From NCBI RefSeq assembly GCF_006345805.1, contig NC_042998.1:100378001-100442000 (forward strand): a DNA stretch of 64,000 bases. Direction: 5' to 3'. Each line of letters begins with the position of its first letter. Position 1 is the stretch's first letter. This DNA is from Octopus sinensis. Its lineage: Eukaryota. Positions 50,934 to 64,000 of the stretch are shown here, one piece after another. Under the pieces are notes generated by a model. The model had not been told where the DNA came from, ran no database searches, and worked only from the letters and a program-made list of their open reading frames with translations. Position numbers and translations under genes: made by a program.

Positions 50934-52047
50934 TGTGATTAATCTTTTTAATCGCTTGATGTAATGCAAACACATTAAGTTGATCAAATGTCAGTAACAA
51001 ATTAGTCGCCAAATTTGTCTCTTTTTGTTGAGTTTTTTTGTGTCTCTTTTTCATTTTATCTTCTTTTTTTTTAACCAAAATTATTTTTGAAATTGCAATA
51101 TTAGAAAACTGAAATGAGTATAGAAATAACCCCTCAGATTAAAGTTCCTAAAATTTTCTGTTAACCCAAAGTTAGAGGAACAAACAAAACTCAGATATTT
51201 TGAATAATTTTTTCATTTATTGTTGTTTACCTTATAACAGGTGTGATGTAAAAACTAAAGGGTTCAAATAATTTGTTGCTATTTTTCATTTCTTTTAAAA
51301 TTTTAATTAAATAATTTATGCAGCTTCAGCTCTGCAATAATTTCATGCAAGCATCCAATCCTTATCCCTTTTTGTTACTATATTTCTGCTGAATTACACT
51401 GCTTTGGCTTCAATTTATTTTGGAAAAAGAATGATGAATTTAGTAAAGGAAAAATTTGAGCATTTCAGAAAATAAATTTTGTCATTATTAAACTGGTGAT
51501 TGAAATACAAATTGAAATGGAATTTCGATGGAAGGTTTTAGTAGAGACACTTTTTAAACAGGAAATTAGTATCATAGAACTAGAGGTGGTTCCAAGCAGG
51601 CTGGCATGAAAAGGATTAAGACTGGTTATAGATTCTGTGTGACCTTCCTCTTAATTATTCTTTCCAAAAGTAGTTTGTGTTCTAATTATTAATTCAGTAG
51701 ACTTAACTTGCTTCCCACTTAAATACCATCACCTTGCCATTGATACAAGCATTTAGACCAGGTCTCACACCTGAAGATAACTATCTCCTTTCCTACTGTG
51801 ACTAAGTAATCATATTAATAAAAAAAAAATTCATCCGTTTCTACATACAAGTGCAAAAAAATATTAATAATGCAGAAAACACTAACTTCTCTAAGAATAA
51901 CTCATTTTGAGTATAATCCATGAAAAGTACACAGAATAGCAGGAAACCAAACAATAATGTATGTATCTGTTATTAATACAGTCTGGCAGATTCAAACATG
52001 GATATGTGGGAGACAGAAACTGTATGGAAGCCCACTGTGTGTGTATA

Positions 52048-52442
52048 GGTGCAGGAGTGGCTGTGTGGTAAGTAGCTTGCTTACCAGCCACATGGTTCCG
52101 GGTTCAGTCCCACTGCATAGCACCTTAGGCAAGTGTCTTCTGCTATAGCCTCAGGCTGACCAAAGCCTTGTGAGTGGATTTGGTAGACGGAAACTGAAAG
52201 AAGCCCATCATATATATGTATATATATATATGTATGTGTGTTTGTGTGTCTGTGTTTGTCCCCACAACATCACTTGACAACCAATGCTGGTGTGTTTACA
52301 TCCCCATAACTTAGCGGTTCGGCAAAAGAGACCAATAGAATAAGTACTAAGCTTACAAAGAATAAGTTCTGGGGTTGATTTGCTCAACTAAATGCGGTGC
52401 TCCAGCATGGCCACAGTCAAATGACTGAAACGAGTAAAAGAG
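52048..52442 (+). mobile_element. Group-B SINE, full length
   Basis: A-box TGGCTGTGTGG, B-box GGTTCAGTCCC, CORE-like segment, internal (TA)(TG) microsatellite and tail gagtaaaagag. A second 3' half follows at about 52470-52635. Confidence 0.92.
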
Positions 52443-53083
52443 TATATGTATCTTTGTGTATGGGATTTTGTACCTGAGCTTGTCCTCCCCACACTGCTTG
52501 ACAACAAGTTTTGGTTTGTTTATATCTCCATGACAATAATTCAAGAAAATCAATAAAATAATACTCAAGTCAATACCCTGCAAGGAAGGGCCCCAGCATG
52601 GCCACAGTGCAATGAGTGAAACAAGTAAAAGAAAGAACACACACACATTAATTCCTTCCTACTTAATACAGCAAAGTAAGTAGATTCTTGCAAATTCTTG
52701 CTACTGGTACAAAGCAACAGCAGTTTACTGTCTAGTTTTCCAGGCTGGCAGGGTTAAACAAGTATGTATGATAGCAGGTTTCAAATGATATATCATCGTC
52801 ATACCACCACCATCTTTATGAGTCTAATATCCCATGATTTGATAAAAATACTTCATTTTTCTACTTTTGCATTTTTCTTTTTTTTTTCTTCTTTTAAGCC
52901 TCATCTAAATCTGTTTAAGCAGTAGCTTTTCACCTAATACACATAACCCAGACACATTATATAACATTATCAAGCTATAGTCCTCAATTCTACAAACTAA
53001 ACTGCCAATTAAGTAGCCTCTACATAGTCACTTGGCCTGTAAGAAATAGGAACCAAATTTGATCCAAATCATTCTCTACAATT

Positions 53084-53306
53084 TTAACCCTTTAGTATTT
53101 AAACTGGTCATATCCAGCACAAATATTCTACTAGTTTTATGTTCAAACCAACCAGATCCAGCCTTTCACACCTACCATACAATGTTACTGTAAAAATAAA
53201 TAATCATATCATTGGAATCACAAAACTAAAGAGATATTCTAATTCAAAATAGTGTAAATGAATATGCATTACATTTAACAGAATAATCTGAATGCTAATG
53301 AGTTAA
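53084..53306. mobile_element. piggyBac-type MITE, family 2
   Basis: TTAA-CCCTTTAG...CTAATGAG-TTAA. Confidence 0.8.
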
Positions 53307-53710
53307 AGCAAGGGCATGTTGGAAAACATGGTCCAACATGAACAAATAAAAACAAAAACAAAAAAAGGCAGGGTGGTCTCAGCTGGAATGTCTTTGATTA
53401 TGAGTTTGCTAGATCAGGGTTGACCAGTGACTAAAGAGTATTATGCCTCCTTTATCAAAACAGAAACTAGGAATTATTCCAGAATAAATGATTATCAGTA
53501 GCATCAAGGCTACAATGTTAACAGTGCTCCTGAAAAGGAAGTCTCTACATGTGCTGTCTGCTTTGCATCTAACTCCATACAGCAAACATTTATCTCATCC
53601 ACCCCTATTACTTTCTGTACTGCTAAAGTTCATTATGATGTGCATACAAAAGCACCTCTGACACCTTAAAGTCCACAAGGCCACCAGCCCTGACTATATA
53701 CCTTCTATTG

Positions 53711-53867
53711 CACTCACGGAGTGGTTGGCGTTAGGAAGGGCATCCAGCCGTAGAAACACTGCCAGATCAGACTGGGCCTGGCGCAGCCTTCTGGCTTCCC
53801 AGACCCCAGTTGAACCGTCCAACCCATGCTAGCATGGAAAACAGGACGTTAAACAATGATGATGATG
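53711..53867 (+). mobile_element. Young group-C RTE-tail SINE fragment
   Basis: cactcacggagtggttggcgttaggaagggcatccagccgtagaaacactgcc...ggacgttaaacaatgatgatgatg, with CpGs retained. Confidence 0.88.
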
Positions 53868-53879
53868 CTCTCAAATAAT

Positions 53880-55130
53880 GCATTCCATAGTAGCCTTCTA
53901 TCCTTGCCAAACTCTTTTCTCTTCCAACTGTGTCTCAAGAAGGGTAAGTCCTCTGATCCCACCACCTATCACCCTTTCATACTCCCTCTCAAAATCTGAA
54001 TGAAGTCAGCCACTATAGCTTTCTGGAAAGCCAAATTTACCAGAAATCTACTCTTCTATGTCACTGACCAGTAGGTTCATGTGTTAAAAAAATTTGATGT
54101 AAACTGTGTCACACCAATAAAATATTCAACTACACCTGACATGAATTTCCAAGCAAAACTGCTTAGTTATGGGCTCCATTCATCCTTCAAATCAATGTCT
54201 TCCAATCAGATACCACCATTACGGTATGTTCTGATGGAGCTCTCTCTTACCTACACTGTCAATTCTGGTGTGCACCAAGGTTTGGTTTTGTCCTCCTCCT
54301 TCTTTCTCCAATATATCAGTAATCTACTTTCCATCACATCCAACGGTACCCATCCCTTATACAGATAATATCAACATTTATTCCTGCCAAACCTTCTGCA
54401 TCCAAACTTCATACAAATGCAGTCTATAAAGCTCACACCAAATCAAGACTGATTCCACAGAGTACTAGAAAACATTCTGCAATGGGCATCATGCCAACCC
54501 TGTCTCCTTCAACAACACAGAGACACAATCATTACACCTCACCCACCTTAAACATGAACAGCTTGCAACAATAATCCTCAAGGTCACTACAAATGATAGA
54601 GCTCACTATCACTGAGGACCTCCTGGTAACCATGCATTCTCAACATAGCCAAAAATTTTGTCTCAAAGAAAAAAAAAAACAGCAACTTAACTGATTGCTA
54701 TGAAGTAACTCACCAAGACACTCCAACAGCTAGTCTGTAGACATGCAATTTCCTCCCTCTCTCTCTCTCTCTGCTTTACTACTTGCAACAACAGTAGCTT
54801 CTCCTTATCACAGCTAGCAGATTTGTACCACCTTCACTTAAGGATTCCCAACCACTTGTCACCATATCACACCAAGCCCTACACTAAACCACTATACCTA
54901 GTCCTTCTATCTCAGAACACAGACTCTCAAGAATTACCCTCCTTGCTCATGTTTTTCACCTGCAGCCATCAACTTGTACCTATTCAAAAAGAACATTAAC
55001 AGCATCTTCTCACTGATGCTAGACAATCTGTGAAAGCAATGGGCACAGTCCTTTTCTTCAAGATGCTCTTAAGAGTAGCTGTTCAATCTGTTTTATGGAG
55101 TTAAATAGAGGCTATTTAAGCATCTCCCTG
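53880..55130 (+). mobile_element. Decayed CR1/L2-group LINE reverse-transcriptase relic
   Basis: VNSGVHQGLVLSSSFFLQYISNL (cf. SGVPQGSVLGPLLFLLYINDL) followed by PYTDNI (cf. YADD), with multiple stops and frameshifts. Confidence 0.75.
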
Positions 55131-58100
55131 GATAAGTTGCTAAGCTATTGCAAAAATCATTTTTAGATTACTTACATCTATTTCAAGATGTGAGAGTTGT
55201 GGCAGGCAACGATGAAGCACCAGCTGTGGATTTGAACTGAAAACCCACATAATAATTTATCCACAAATTTATCACTTCAAATGATTTCACTGTCTTTATA
55301 GTATAGAACTGGAGACAATATCTATATATGAAAAATGGCTATTTTTCTGCAGGAACTTGGAAGTGCTTCTTAATAACTAGAGGCTTAGCCATAATCCTTT
55401 AGGCCTTTATTGAAGGTCCTTTTAAATTTCTAATTTTTCCTACAGCTACAAGATTGGTTCTGTAATAAAAATCAGGCACTCTACATAGAAGAAAAATAAA
55501 TCGTGTAATATGCACCTCTCTCTCTCTCTCATCATATACACACACACAGAGGCATGCACAAGTGTATGTGCATGCATGTGCACACGTACACACACCTTGA
55601 TTATCTAGATAATTCTATAAGCTGCCACAAATAAAATATATACAGTTAAATAAAGAGCAAATATAAACAAGGTGTCAACCAATCTGAGCAAATAACAGCT
55701 AAACATGTGGTAGCCACAGGCCGTTTCGGTAATGATAAAGTAGTTTTACTATTACAGATTTTATATCCATTTTAATATGTTGGTACATAAACTAAAAGGA
55801 GATTATATATATAATATATAAACATATCACACACAACATTATGATGGAGATATATGCATGCTTGAATGCTTCACTTATTGGGAACTATTTTTCTTGGAGG
55901 AGGAGGCAGAGTTTGCAAAAATAAATAACTAAAACTACAGAAGTTAGATGTGATATGATGCATCTCAAACAAAACAAAATAAAATAAAAATGGCTTGGTG
56001 ACTGTTTAATATGAGCTGAAAATAACCAGTTCAACTGAATAAAAAACATACTTGGTTAACAAATGTAACAAGAGATATCTCCTACAGAAAACCCGCATAG
56101 GTGATGTGGATGAATATATCGCTATAATGGAGACTGGAACACTATCTAGGTGGACAACTACTGTGAGCTACAGATTAATGACTGTTAGAATAAACAATAA
56201 ACCTGAAATGAAATTATACATGAAGACCTGAGGGAGCTGCTTCTGAATAACCTAATAGGGAAATGAGTTAAGTGGAAAGAAGTTGCTCGGCTGACCCCCA
56301 ATTAGGTCACGAAAGCATTAAAAAGCAGATGTTGAAAAGATGGTAGCAATAAAGAAATAAAAGATAAGACAGTATGAAAATGGCTTTCAACAAGAGAATG
56401 TCTTGAAGGGAAACCAATAAAATTAAACAGTAAATAAGATCTAAAATCTCTTGGAGATATCAAACCAAGATATTTCAAAAGAAAAATAAACTGGGAAACA
56501 TCAAATTGGTAAAAGCATTTCTCAACCAATGTTCACCTACATCTCATTGAAAAACAGCACAGATTCAGCATGGGTAGAAAGCAAGCAGTTCAGCATATCT
56601 TTTCTTCTCTCTCTCTTTTAAGAATTTAATGTCTTACAAATTAAATCAAGCACACAAAAAAAAAAAAGGTACTGATATAAAATCAATAACAAAGAAATAG
56701 CAAGCATCTATCTTTTTTATTGTGGAACGATGGTAAAAGATAGGCTTTAAACAGATAAGGAACTTCACATTAGAAAAAGAGCATGCTTGTGTCAATGAAA
56801 AGGAGAGGTGGGTATGATTGTAGTTCTCATGGTATAGTGTTAAAGAGTATCAAGCCTACAAAAAAGAATATGAAAGAAAATCTAAACTGAAGATGAAACA
56901 GTAGGGGTGATACAACTACTCAGGGTATTTGCTAAACAGTGGAAATATCATTTTATTATTATTTTGTTGTTATTGCTTATTCAGAAGAGGAAGAGCAACA
57001 TCCATGACCCTTTACAGGGTCTTCAAGACTGAGGGGGGGGGGGAGATGCTGTCCTTAGACTGGAGATATAGCTGAAATGCTTATGGCAGAGTCTCTACTC
57101 AACTAAAGGTACAACGGAGCTGGTGGTGGTGCAAGATGGTTAACAGATTAAATGTGTCACCTAAGAACAGGAATGGTCCCTCAGAAAGGCCACATAAATT
57201 TCATCTACCAAATTTCAAAGCTTTGGTTGACTTGGTGTTATGTACAAAGTGCTACACATTGGTTTGGACTGGAAACTATGGATTTGTCTGAGCTCCATTA
57301 GACATGGGACACATTTTTTTCCCGAATGCCAGCCAGAAGGTCCCATCACATATAATAGAGTAATATTCTATCAAAGTCTAGCCAGAAAACTGTAACAATC
57401 AAGGGATTTCATTTATCAGAAATATTTTTATGATATAAAACCTAGTTTCATAGATACGACCAAAGCTTACTGACTTGTATTTTTACGCAACAGATGTGAT
57501 CTTTATTTCACTAAAACATTAATTCACAGAAAAAAGCCTGGATAATACTATTTAATGCTCAATATGGATAATTATACTTCAAACAAATAAAATAGATTTT
57601 CATCAGAATCAAGGTAAAAAAAATCTTAACAATTAGTGGTTTGATATAAGTGAAATGACAAAATATTCATGCATGCTTACACTTGCCTTGACAGTTTTCA
57701 GGAAGAGAAAATCATCCATGGGTACTCCAGAGATAGAGGAATGGGAGCTGTGATATCATAAAAGTGGAACTACCACTGCAAATCACAGACTCGTTTTGCC
57801 CAGAGCTTACTAACCTACATTCATTTATGTACCAATTAATTGATACCAAAATAATTGTTTAAACAAGGAGAATATTTTTGTGCTATGATTAAGGTGTTAA
57901 ATCTTTTTTTATCTCTCATTGCTACAATCACAAGTCCAATTCTGAACTTTGATGCTCCATGCATGTCAGTTTTCATCCAGCAATTCTACAATCATTTTCC
58001 TATATTCTGTCTGCTATAATGTCTTACTAGTTAGATATATGCACTAAACACTAGTTGGAGCTTCAGTCAACAAGACAGTTTCTACAGACATCAAACATGT

Positions 58101-59466
58101 TAGAAATTGCAGCCGAATCTCACTCAAATCATATGCTAGTGTCTTAAAAAAAGATAAGTGTTTAAATAAAAATACAGGACAGTCATAGCTAGAATACTTT
58201 TGATTATAGGTCTACTAGATCAGGGCTGATCGCTAGCTAAACAACAACCACTTGGAGCCAGCAATATTAAGTTCAAATACTGAGTACATAAGCATACTTC
58301 ATGTCTTAGAGTAACAGCTCCTTCTAGAACCTTCTGTCCCAGAGCCACTGGGAAAGCCACTATGTTGTCACTTGAGCCATTAGAAATAGCCATTAAGTTA
58401 TACTTCACAATATCTAAAGGGGAAGAATACACTGAAATAATCCATTATAGCCCTAGGAATGTAATGCTCAAAAGAGTGAGCTGTTCATGGCTGGAATGCC
58501 TTTGATCATATGTATGCTCGATCAGGGTTGACCTGCAACTAAACAAGAACAAAAACAACAATCACCTCCTGCCTTCACCCCTCTCTTCCTCATTACCTGC
58601 TAAACTTAATTATTCCAACACAACATTACTCATGGCAACCACACCCCCACAAACAGAAGCCTGCTGTTCCAGTCTGAGAGGGTCCTATGGAGCCATGGAT
58701 TTCTGCCTTTCTATTCTGCATTATAATAGATCAAAGTAGAAATATTTCAAATGAGAGGTAATTTAGTTGAGTGACTCACAATGGAATAATAATATTCAAG
58801 GGTTCTTTAGACAGGCATTAATGTAAAACAAGAGACGCCCAAAACAGGGCAAGATGGCAAGATGGTGTGAGGGTGGTTGCTATGGCACTGAGGTAGATCC
58901 GGCCACCCCCATTAACAGGAACAAAACCCAGATTTAAAACACTGGATGATGATGATGAAGAGAATATGATTAACTGTAGACATTACTGAAAAAAAAGTAG
59001 TGAAGGTGTTGAAAACAAACAGAATGCTAGTCCGGGTGACAGCACTTCTCTTAAGAGGACCTGGTTGTCAAAAATTGAGTACACACATATGCATGTACAT
59101 ACACACACATATATACATCCATACACACAGTACATTAAACAGGATTATGTGGTTAAGAAGTTTATTCCACAACCATGTGGTTTAAGGGTCATTCTCAACA
59201 ATGCATGGCACATCAAGCAAGTGTGTTCTGCTGTAGTCTCAGGTTGCAAGAGGAATTTGAAACAGATACTAGCCAGGATTGTGTAAGAGAGAGGGAGAGA
59301 GATCATCTTCATTATCATTTACATCCACTTACCAACTTTTTGGAAGCAGTGTCCTTTTTGATGCCAATCCTTTCATCTGCCTCTCACAATATACAGAAAT
59401 ATCTTGGAGTATCTATTCTACAAAACCAGCATACAATGTAAGCTACATGCCCAGCCCTTCCCCACA

Positions 59467-59543
59467 TACATATATATATACATACATACATACATACATA
59501 TATACATACATACATCATACATACATACATACATAATACATAC

Positions 59544-59588
<45 letters not shown>

Positions 59589-59607
59589 ATAATATATATA
59601 TATATAT
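59467..59607. repeat. Compound (ACAT)n/(AT)n microsatellite
   Basis: Seen directly. Confidence 0.95.
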
Positions 59608-60307
59608 CATAACTATGTTAAAGTCTTAATTTTTTCATAGGAGTCCCTTCAGTTCATTTTGAACAATAAAGTTCTTAAAGCCATCATTAACATTTAAATA
59701 CTTTCAGTCTCATCATCACAATGATGTGAAATGTTATTGGCATAAGTAACTGCCCCATTTTGTGGTGTCTATAAACTTTATCACCTACATTTATTAAGAC
59801 ACTGTTGGAATTTGCTCATTGTACACTTTCAAGGAGCAACTACAGCACAATATGCCATAATAGACAACATATCCATGCTATATAGAATTCTCCACAAAAA
59901 TAGATGATTAATGAAAGAAGCATTACTCATTAATAAAGCACAATGCTAAAATAAACTCACAGGCTTATATGTTGTAAACAAAATAAACATGTAACTTAAT
60001 GATGTGTAACTTCAATGATAAAATTTCAGATTCCAAGAGAGTAGGTAAAATACTATGGTAGAGACCAAGAAAAGTGGGTGAGAGAGATAGAAAGTGAGTG
60101 TGAGAGTGTGTGAGATGAAAGTGACAATAGAGTTTATGAAACGCGTATCTCAGGATACATAGAGGGAAAAGGGAGAGATGGATAGGTGGAGAGATGGATA
60201 GGTGGAGATAGATAGAGAGAGAGAGAGATGGATAGGTGGAGGTATAGATAGAGAGAGAGAGAGAAGAGTAATGGATAGGTAGAGATAGATAAATGGGAAT
60301 TGTAGTT

Positions 60308-60725
60308 GTGGCCGATGCCAATTCTAACTGGCACCCATGCTGGTGGGATGTAATAAGCACCATTCAAGCATGGGTTGATGTCAGGGCTGCTTGACTGGCT
60401 CCCTGTGCTGGTGGCACATAAAAAGCACCATCCAAACATGGCCGATGCTAGTCTCCCCAACCCCGACTGGTTCCTGTACTGGTGGCACATAAAAAGCACC
60501 AACTGAACATGGTCAATGCCAGTGCTGCCTGACTGGCTCCCATGCCAGTGGCATGTAAAAAGCACCCACTACACTCTCGGAGTGGTTGCATTAGGAAGGG
60601 CATCCACCTGTAGAAACTTTGCCAGGTCAGATTGGAGCCTGGCACAGCCTACTGGCTTGTCAGTCCCCAGCCAAACCACCCAACCCATGCCAGCATGGAA
60701 AATGGACGTTAAATGATGATGATGA
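60308..60725 (+). mobile_element. Group-C element with four tandem ~68-bp 5' units
   Basis: AAGCACC recurs at 60355, 60423, 60494 and 60560 (spacing 68, 71, 66). It is followed by the standard actacactctcggagtggttg...catggaaaatggacgttaaatgatgat end. Confidence 0.85.
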
Positions 60726-60779
60726 TAGATAGATAAAGAGAGAGAGAGAGAGATAGATAATAGGTAACTATATATATAT

Positions 60780-60816
<37 letters not shown>

Positions 60817-60989
60817 AGGAAGAACATGAGAGGTAATGGATGAAAAAGAGACAGATAGATAGGGTCTACTGTACCAATACAGTGCAGTTTTATCTTTAGC
60901 TATACAACAATATCCTCCTAAGTTTGCACCAAACTATGTTCATTTGATCAACTGAACAAATTAATAACTATTTTTGATATGAAATACCA

Positions 60990-61690
60990 GTTCATATAGT
61001 TCAAGGTTGGACATCACTTGAACAGTGAATAGCCATGTGTTACAATCCCTTGTCATCCCCTTTGTGGGATTCAGCATCCTAATATCAGCCTTTACCACTT
61101 CTTTCCACATTGTTCTCAGTCTTCCATTTCCATGATCTACCTCCTCTCGAATTGCTTGATACTTCTGTGCCTTATATTTTTGTACCACATAGTCTTCACC
61201 TATAATACTCAGTTTGGCTTTCAACTCACTTGTGTTCCATTATCCATTCCCACCAACATTATACATTCAGTAGAGCTTGCTCATTCAACTCTTCCTGCCT
61301 TCATACATTGTCTGCATTCAATTTCACAAACACTTAGTATCATACTTCACACAGAAGTATCATTCAATCTAATCCTATACCAGAGAGAATCCCTTTTTTT
61401 ACCAGCACAGGTGATTACTTGGTCAACATTTTCTACCCCATTCTTACTCTGGCTATTTAGCTTTCAGAACACCTGCCTCAACTATTGACCAAGTAATAGA
61501 AATGATCAATTATTTCTACAGAGCATTATCAGTATTTTCTGGAACACATTTTATAAATGCTCTTCGTATGTCTACTACACCCAAAGTCCTCTCTTAACCT
61601 ATATGCAATCCCACTGAACTTCTTCCGCACCAGCAGTTTATACTGCTTAAGAAGTAATTGACTCCTGTGACACCAAATTCAATTATTGAA
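60990..61690 (-). mobile_element. Decayed RTE-clade LINE 3' end
   Basis: GNGRLRTMWKEVVKADIRMLNPTKGMTRDCNTW matches the RTE C-terminal GRPRKTW.EVV..D.R.L.LT..M..DR..W. Confidence 0.75.
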
Positions 61691-61790
61691 CGTATTACAC
61701 ACTTCATATTTCAACAGGTAAGCTTTTGAGTCAATGAGGTGGCTCTCATTGTGGTCATTCAACCTGCTACAAATAACAGCAAAATTCCCT

Positions 61791-62002
61791 TTAACCTTGC
61801 ACTCTGTCAAATGTGATGCTTATTTATTCACATTGTTTTATGTTAACCATGCATTATCTTGTAGCTCTGAAATTTTGATTATGTGATGTTTATTTTCAGA
61901 ATGATATTATTAAGTAGATCTAAGAGGCCACATGCGGCCAGGTTAAACATAAGATTGGTGGAATATTTGGGCCTGATACAAGTTTGATTGCTAAAGAGTT
62001 AA
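61791..62002. mobile_element. piggyBac-type MITE, family 2, nested in an older SINE-like repeat
   Basis: TTAA at both ends. Removing the element rejoins ...aaataacagcaaaattccct|TTAA|atcacgcacaaccatc..., which matches a repeat also seen at 32780, 53035 and 58085. Confidence 0.75.
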
Positions 62003-63794
62003 ATCACGCACAACCATCTTTAAAAGTGTAGAACATAGTTCTAAATACACAACTGGAACACTTTTGAGCATAAGTCTGCTCTGTTTCTATCAGAACTGTC
62101 AAGAGGATAAACAACAACAGGTATGTTATATAAACACAAACACAAATATCCACATGTGTAAACAATTAAAATAAGTGAACTGGGTTGCTTTGATATTCAA
62201 TTAGTTAAGAGACTTCATATGTTATAGAAAGCAACCTCAAAAGGAACTAAAAGCCTCTAAAAAAATTGGGTTAAGGTGGGGTTATCTTTTTTTTTCTATA
62301 GCTTAGTTAAGAGGAGAAAGGGCAACACTCATGACCCTCTCAAGGACCTCTGAAAATGGTAGGAGGAAGAAAGGAAGTTATTCTTAAAACAAAGGACCTA
62401 GCCCAAATACTTGCACTAAGGTGGATTCTGCCAAACAAACTCAGTATTAACCCTTGGGATATCAAACTAATTCATATCCATATAATAGAATGCAAGTAGA
62501 AACTTCATAGTACACATGTGTGAAACAAAAGTGTTTTGTTTATGTTAGAATTGATACAATATAATAAAAAGTAGCTCCTAGTAAGTAGATTCTATGATGT
62601 GATTTTGATTCCTGGTCAAAACAATTTCATTTCACTTGCAATACTGTTAGTGTCTTTGGGAAAGTCATGTACATTACAACATCTCATTTTTACCTGCCCT
62701 ATAATATAATTAATTCTGCAACCTTGAGTCCTAGCCAAAAAAATGGTATTATAAGAAGTCATATCAATGCTATGTAGGTTAAATATTTGATAAAGATCTG
62801 TAGTTTTGGAAGATAGATTTATGTTAGTTTTAGGAATGGATGGGGGAGAGAGAGAGAGAGAGAGACTCCCCACCAACCCTTGGTTTGGTTATTATTGGTT
62901 CAGATATATTATCAACGTTAACACCCACTGTTCCCAGACATTTTCACCTTTGCAGATTGTTAGGATATAAATGTAGAGAAAAAAAAATAATAATCAGAAA
63001 GAAACCGAGTGAAGAAAAACTTGGGAAGCTGAACATCTATGATGTTATGCTTGAATGAAAATAAGCATGCATATATATAAACACACACATACACATTTAG
63101 ATACAGATAAGACTTCGCAAAAAATAAAAAGATAGCTACACACAGTATGATCCCCTAAAACTATAGATATATGCCATACCTTTATGTATGTTTGCATGAA
63201 TATATATATATATACATATATAAAGAGAGTGGGAGATATTACGTGTATACATCCACAAGAAAAGTACCGATTTGGAAATTGTGATAAACACGTGAATGCA
63301 CTTGTTATTCTTATTTAGTAACATACATGCATTTTACTCAAAGAACGGGGACACACACACGCACACACACACACATGAACACAAATACATTGCTAACTTG
63401 AAAACAGATGCTAGTGCATATGTTCACACAAGCACACATTCACACCTAGAACTTTGGGGGTTGTGCTTGCACAAATAAATGAATAAAAGATTACAGAAAC
63501 ACTATTTTGCCTTGCAGACATGCACATATAACTACACTCACACTTGAGAATACGCTAATACTCGTGTACATAAACAGTGTAGTATAGCTGAATGTAAATA
63601 TACACACACTATAACTCTAGCTAAATGAAGAATTACACAGTGTCCATATAACAGTAAACATCTCATACAAACTACTACTACTACTACTCTCACAGAAATA
63701 ACAACATCATAGTAGGAGAGAATGTAAATCTAACAGTAATCAGCTGAGATAATAACTCAGATATGGCAACACTGTTGTTTATAGTATCATGCTT

Positions 63795-63990
63795 TTGACC
63801 GTGTGTGTGTATGTGTGTGTGTATGCATACACGTGTGCATGTAATGCATGTTTGTGTGTTTGAATAATGCATGATTTGTGTCGTGTTTGCGTATATGTGG
63901 CATTTATGTGCATGCACATGCATGAACTTGTGCACATCTGTGCGCATGTGTGCACATCTGTGCGCATGTGTGCACACATGCCCATGTGAA
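63795..63990. repeat. Alternating purine-pyrimidine tract with a 20-bp tandem unit (TGTGCACATCTGTGCGCATG)x2
   Basis: Seen directly. Confidence 0.85.
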
Positions 63991-64000
63991 ACTGCTTGAT

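Noticed and set aside
52048-52125. tRNA gene
   Set aside because: A and B boxes are present, but there is no cloverleaf or acceptor stem and the sequence continues into a SINE body. The same holds for the other SINE heads.
56050-56560. Dong/R4 reverse-transcriptase N-terminal relic
   Set aside because: Only a faint resemblance (KIRQYENGFQQENV) amid many stops, too weak to list as a feature.
60308-60600. Twister, pistol or HDV-like ribozyme call for the 68-bp unit
   Set aside because: It lacks the twister L4 loop (GGUCCCAAGC-like) and I could not build the nested double pseudoknot of HDV-like ribozymes. It is kept only as an unclassified structured unit.

Overview
AT-rich, repeat-dense animal genomic DNA. 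The SINE, MITE and microsatellite repertoire is what I recall from Octopus genomes; this is inference from memory, not a database result. I find no complete recognisable protein-coding gene, and nearly all entries in the ORF track come from microsatellites, SINEs or decayed transposons. A CpG-retaining promoter-like island (about 33.6-36.3 kb) sits between two CpG-depleted flanks that look like methylated gene bodies. The island contains a probable first exon on the minus strand (donor CAG|GTGAGT at 35584/35583). The rest is a mosaic of three SINE groups, TTAA-flanked piggyBac-type MITEs, a hAT MITE, a Helitron-like element, decayed hAT (SPIN/Buster-like), RTE and CR1/L2 relics, and a Dong/R4-type retrotransposon end inserted in a (TAA)n tract. 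The most interesting sequence-level observation is a Penelope-type 3' fragment carrying a minimal, dimer-dependent hammerhead ribozyme fold at 13253-13287. Other leads are a SINE that appears to prefer (ATT)n tracts, a 68-bp structured-unit multimer, a 30-bp degenerate array and a second small CpG/G-quadruplex cluster at 44 kb. Repeat boundaries are approximate and all family assignments were made by eye.
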